Below the pieces are notes generated by a model. The model had not been told where the DNA came from. It searched no databases and saw only the letters and a program-made list of their open reading frames with translations. From NCBI GenBank assembly GCA_965235115.1, contig OZ249436.1, positions 43,588,001-43,652,000 of the forward strand: 64,000 bases of DNA, read 5' to 3'. A program made the position numbers and the translations under genes. Below are positions 61,507 to 64,000 of the stretch, piece by piece; the stretch's first letter is position 1, and each line of letters opens with the position of its first letter. The stretch comes from Laetmonice hystrix. Its lineage: Eukaryota.

Positions 61507-62672
61507 GTGTATTGAACACATAGGACTGTCAAATGGACTATTAGTCGAATCGCCATGAACGAAGATGGCTAGGCCAGCAGATGTCTCAAAGTCTGTCAAA
61601 GTCCGATAAGAATCAGGCGTGTTCTTTGATTAGATGTCAGTCGGAAAAATAGGATTTGAAACAAATTATGGCGACTGTACAGTTACTACTAGACTCTCCT
61701 CTACTAGCCTACAGTACAGTCGCCATACTGCCATTATGATTTACTATTATAATTTAGATCTAGCCTAGGCCTACTGGCCAGTGGCAGTGTCGTTGCCGGG
61801 CGTTAGTGAGAGATAGTGGTCAGTGGCAACCTCTCTGTTACGTTCTAAACATGCCAATATCCATCTATCAGTGGCGTAGGAATTAGGCTAAGGTATTTTC
61901 AGTTTGGAGGACCATTCACGTCATGAACCCATTGACACAGATGAAGCTGAGCCTGTCCCACTACCTGCTCTGTCCACTACAAGAATGGGCCGAGTAGTCA
62001 AACTTCCGTCACGTTTTAGAGACTAGGGGACATGAACTAATGGTACTAGGACCACATCTAGGACCACTCCTATGTAGGAGACTGCCAAACTATCTCCATA
62101 TCTTGCGTAATACTATGCACTGCTAATATTCTATTATTTTTATCTCTTTGTTTAAGTGTTATACGTAGCCGGTAGGCCTATAATTATGTTAAAACTTGAC
62201 ATTGGACATAAGAGCACTGCTTAAAAAGTGACACACGACACGGTTGAATCATTTTAAAAAGTGACATGCGACACGGAAAAATTTCTTATCATGTGACACT
62301 GGGACACAGGCATAAAAAATAGGACCCATATATACCCCTAGGGTGGGCAGTTGACTGAGTCGAGTGTCTATCACAGAGGCAAGGTGGGCGGGAGGGCATA
62401 GTACCGAGGGGCAGACATGACCGGGCGGACATGGCGACGGGCGGACATGTTGTGTATTTAACCATAATAATAAGGGAACAAACAGATCAAATCCGGCCTG
62501 TACAACTGCAGCCAGTGTGGAAGACAGACCACTTATCACCGAACATGTTGACGGCATTACCAGTCCAATTCTTACCAGCCAGGAGAGAGACATAGTCAGC
62601 AGCTGGGCTGGATTTTATAAAATTGGAATCGTAGAGTTAGAGCAATTCTCAATACGAGGCACTGGGCATACA

Positions 62673-63262
62673 ACTGACTGACAGGTGCCATCATCAGTGC
62701 TGTCACAGTCACAGGTACAGGGCTGACTGACAGGTGCCATCATCAGTGCTGTCACAGTCAGGTACAGGGCTGACTGACAGGTGCCATCATCAGTGCTGTC
62801 ACAGTCATAGGTACAGGGCTGACTGACAGGTGCCATCATCAGTGCTGTCACAGTCACAGGTACAGGGCTGACTGACAGGTGCCATCATCAGTGCTGTCAC
62901 AGGTACAGGGCTGACTGACAGGTGCCATCATCAGTGCTGTCATAGGTACAGGGCTGACTGACAGGTGCCATCATCAGTGCTGTCACAGTCAGGTACAGGG
63001 CTGACTGACAGGTGCCATCATCAGTGCTGTCATGCAGTCACAGGTACAGGGCTGACTGACAGGTGCCATCATCAGTGCTGTCACACTGAGACAGTCATAG
63101 GTACAGGGCTGACTGACAGGTGCCATCATCAGTGCTGTCACACTGTGACAGGTACAGGGGTGACTGACAGGTGCCATCATCAGTGCTGTCACACTGTGAC
63201 AGGTACAGGGCTGACTGACAGGTGCCATCATCAGTGCTGTCACACTGTGACAGGTACAGGGG
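62673..63262. repeat. ~43-57-bp minisatellite (CTGACTGACAGGTGCCATCATCAGTGCTGTCAC..GGTACAGGG)
   Basis: ~12 tandem units with variable linker. Confidence 0.92.
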
Positions 63263-63277
63263 GTGAATTTCGATCAG

Positions 63278-63470
63278 AGTTTATGCCTTCCAAACAGCCA
63301 GGTTTATAACAAGGCGGTCAGATTTACTGGTGGAGGAAACTGGAAGATCCCGGGCAAAACCACTGACCTTACAGCAGGTAACTGTCAAAACTTCTGACCT
63401 AGGGCTCGAAGAGAACTGAAACCCTGAGGTGAAAAGGTCTCGGCTGACAGCACTGAGCCATTGAAGTCCT
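63278..63470 (-). mobile_element. Degenerate tRNA-derived SINE with Meta/V-type central domain
   Basis: Minus strand TGGCTCAGTG (A-box-like), TTCGAGCCC (B-box-like), then GGTCAGTGGTTTTGCCCGGGATCTTCCAGTTTCCTCCACCA resembling the conserved Meta/V SINE core. Confidence 0.6.
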
Positions 63471-64000
63471 CTAGACAACAGTGGTGGCAAGCATGGTCTG
63501 ACGGACCCTCACTCTAAGGCTGACCTAGTATGCAGTTGTAAATACTAACATTATGACAGTATAATTGCATCCATAACAACCGGGTCTACATTCAATCATC
63601 CCATATTCTGTCATAAATTTTCAATATGTAAATGAAGACATTGAAAGCTTCCTGTACCATGTAGTGGTGGAGGGCTGTCTAGATATTATCCATTATTAAT
63701 TTACCCGGAAGGTGTCCTGCTATCTGAAGTAGAAATATTTGATGATTTTTTGGTGAGTGTACAGCCTGGACCACGGTAAGTTATTTCATGTGGTTGTATC
63801 ATTGTGAGTCAGCTCGTGATCATACATGTATGGCACAGTTAGAAATGACAGTGGTGAAGTACTCCATGTCTCTCCCTCATCATGTATGCAAGGAAAGGAG
63901 TAACTTTGGTATTCATAAGGTCAGTTAGACAAGCAGGAGGCAGTGAGGGGCATTCTTGTCAGGACAACACGACCGTCTCATCCTACCGGCTGGCTTTCTG

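Larger units (their letters stand above)
55427..62339 (+). mobile_element. 6.9-kb composite non-autonomous DNA transposon, copy 2 (inverted relative to copy 1)
   Basis: Same TIRs; its own 6-bp TSD AGGGTG (55421-55426, 62340-62345); mirrored ORF translations match copy 1 apart from a homopolymer length difference. Confidence 0.9.
55165..62463. mobile_element. Older MITE split by copy 2 (left part 55165-55426, right part 62346-62463)
   Basis: Inverted match ACATGTCCGCCCGTCGCCATGTCCGCCC at ~55175-55202 and ~62423-62450. Confidence 0.6.

Noticed and set aside
47526..62339. Assembly or chimeric-read fold-back artefact
   Set aside because: Both arms stop exactly at TIRs, each has its own distinct 6-bp TSD, and copy 2 splits an older element; artefacts do not produce these. 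Read-level confirmation is still desirable.
47526..62339. One giant element (Polinton/Maverick-like) with 6.9-kb TIRs
   Set aside because: The outer flanks (CTTAAA vs AGGGTG) do not match each other, and no polymerase, integrase or capsid ORFs are present.
63631..63700. Third copy of the shared domain (..FLYHVVVEGCLDII..)
   Set aside because: Only a weak partial resemblance, with an immediate stop and no upstream helix or acceptor.

Overview
Repeat-rich animal genomic DNA, probably a lophotrochozoan invertebrate (inferred from SINE and domain types, not proven). Three spliced protein genes can be built from GT-AG sites with consistent phases. One is an SHB/SHF-family SH2 adaptor (6 coding exons, 13395-23659). 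The other two are paralogues (2565-4209 minus, 36590-38234 plus) that share only an unnamed ~56-aa N-terminal 'EGLLGIT.DD' domain. A nearly intact CR1 LINE (PHD-ORF1, APE-RT ORF2) is interrupted by a Tc1/mariner-type insert. There are many MITEs and minisatellites. The most striking structure is a 14.8-kb near-perfect inverted repeat (47526-62339). It consists of two ~6.9-kb copies of one non-autonomous DNA transposon (16-bp TIR AGGGGTATAYATGGGT), each with its own 6-bp target duplication, so it reads as a recent local hop and not an assembly fold-back. Each copy carries nested cargo (a foldback element, tRNA-Ser-like cassettes, a Tigger MITE and a MITE stack), a leftover terminal exon and CTCF-like motifs. 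No database search was possible; family names come from motif recognition.
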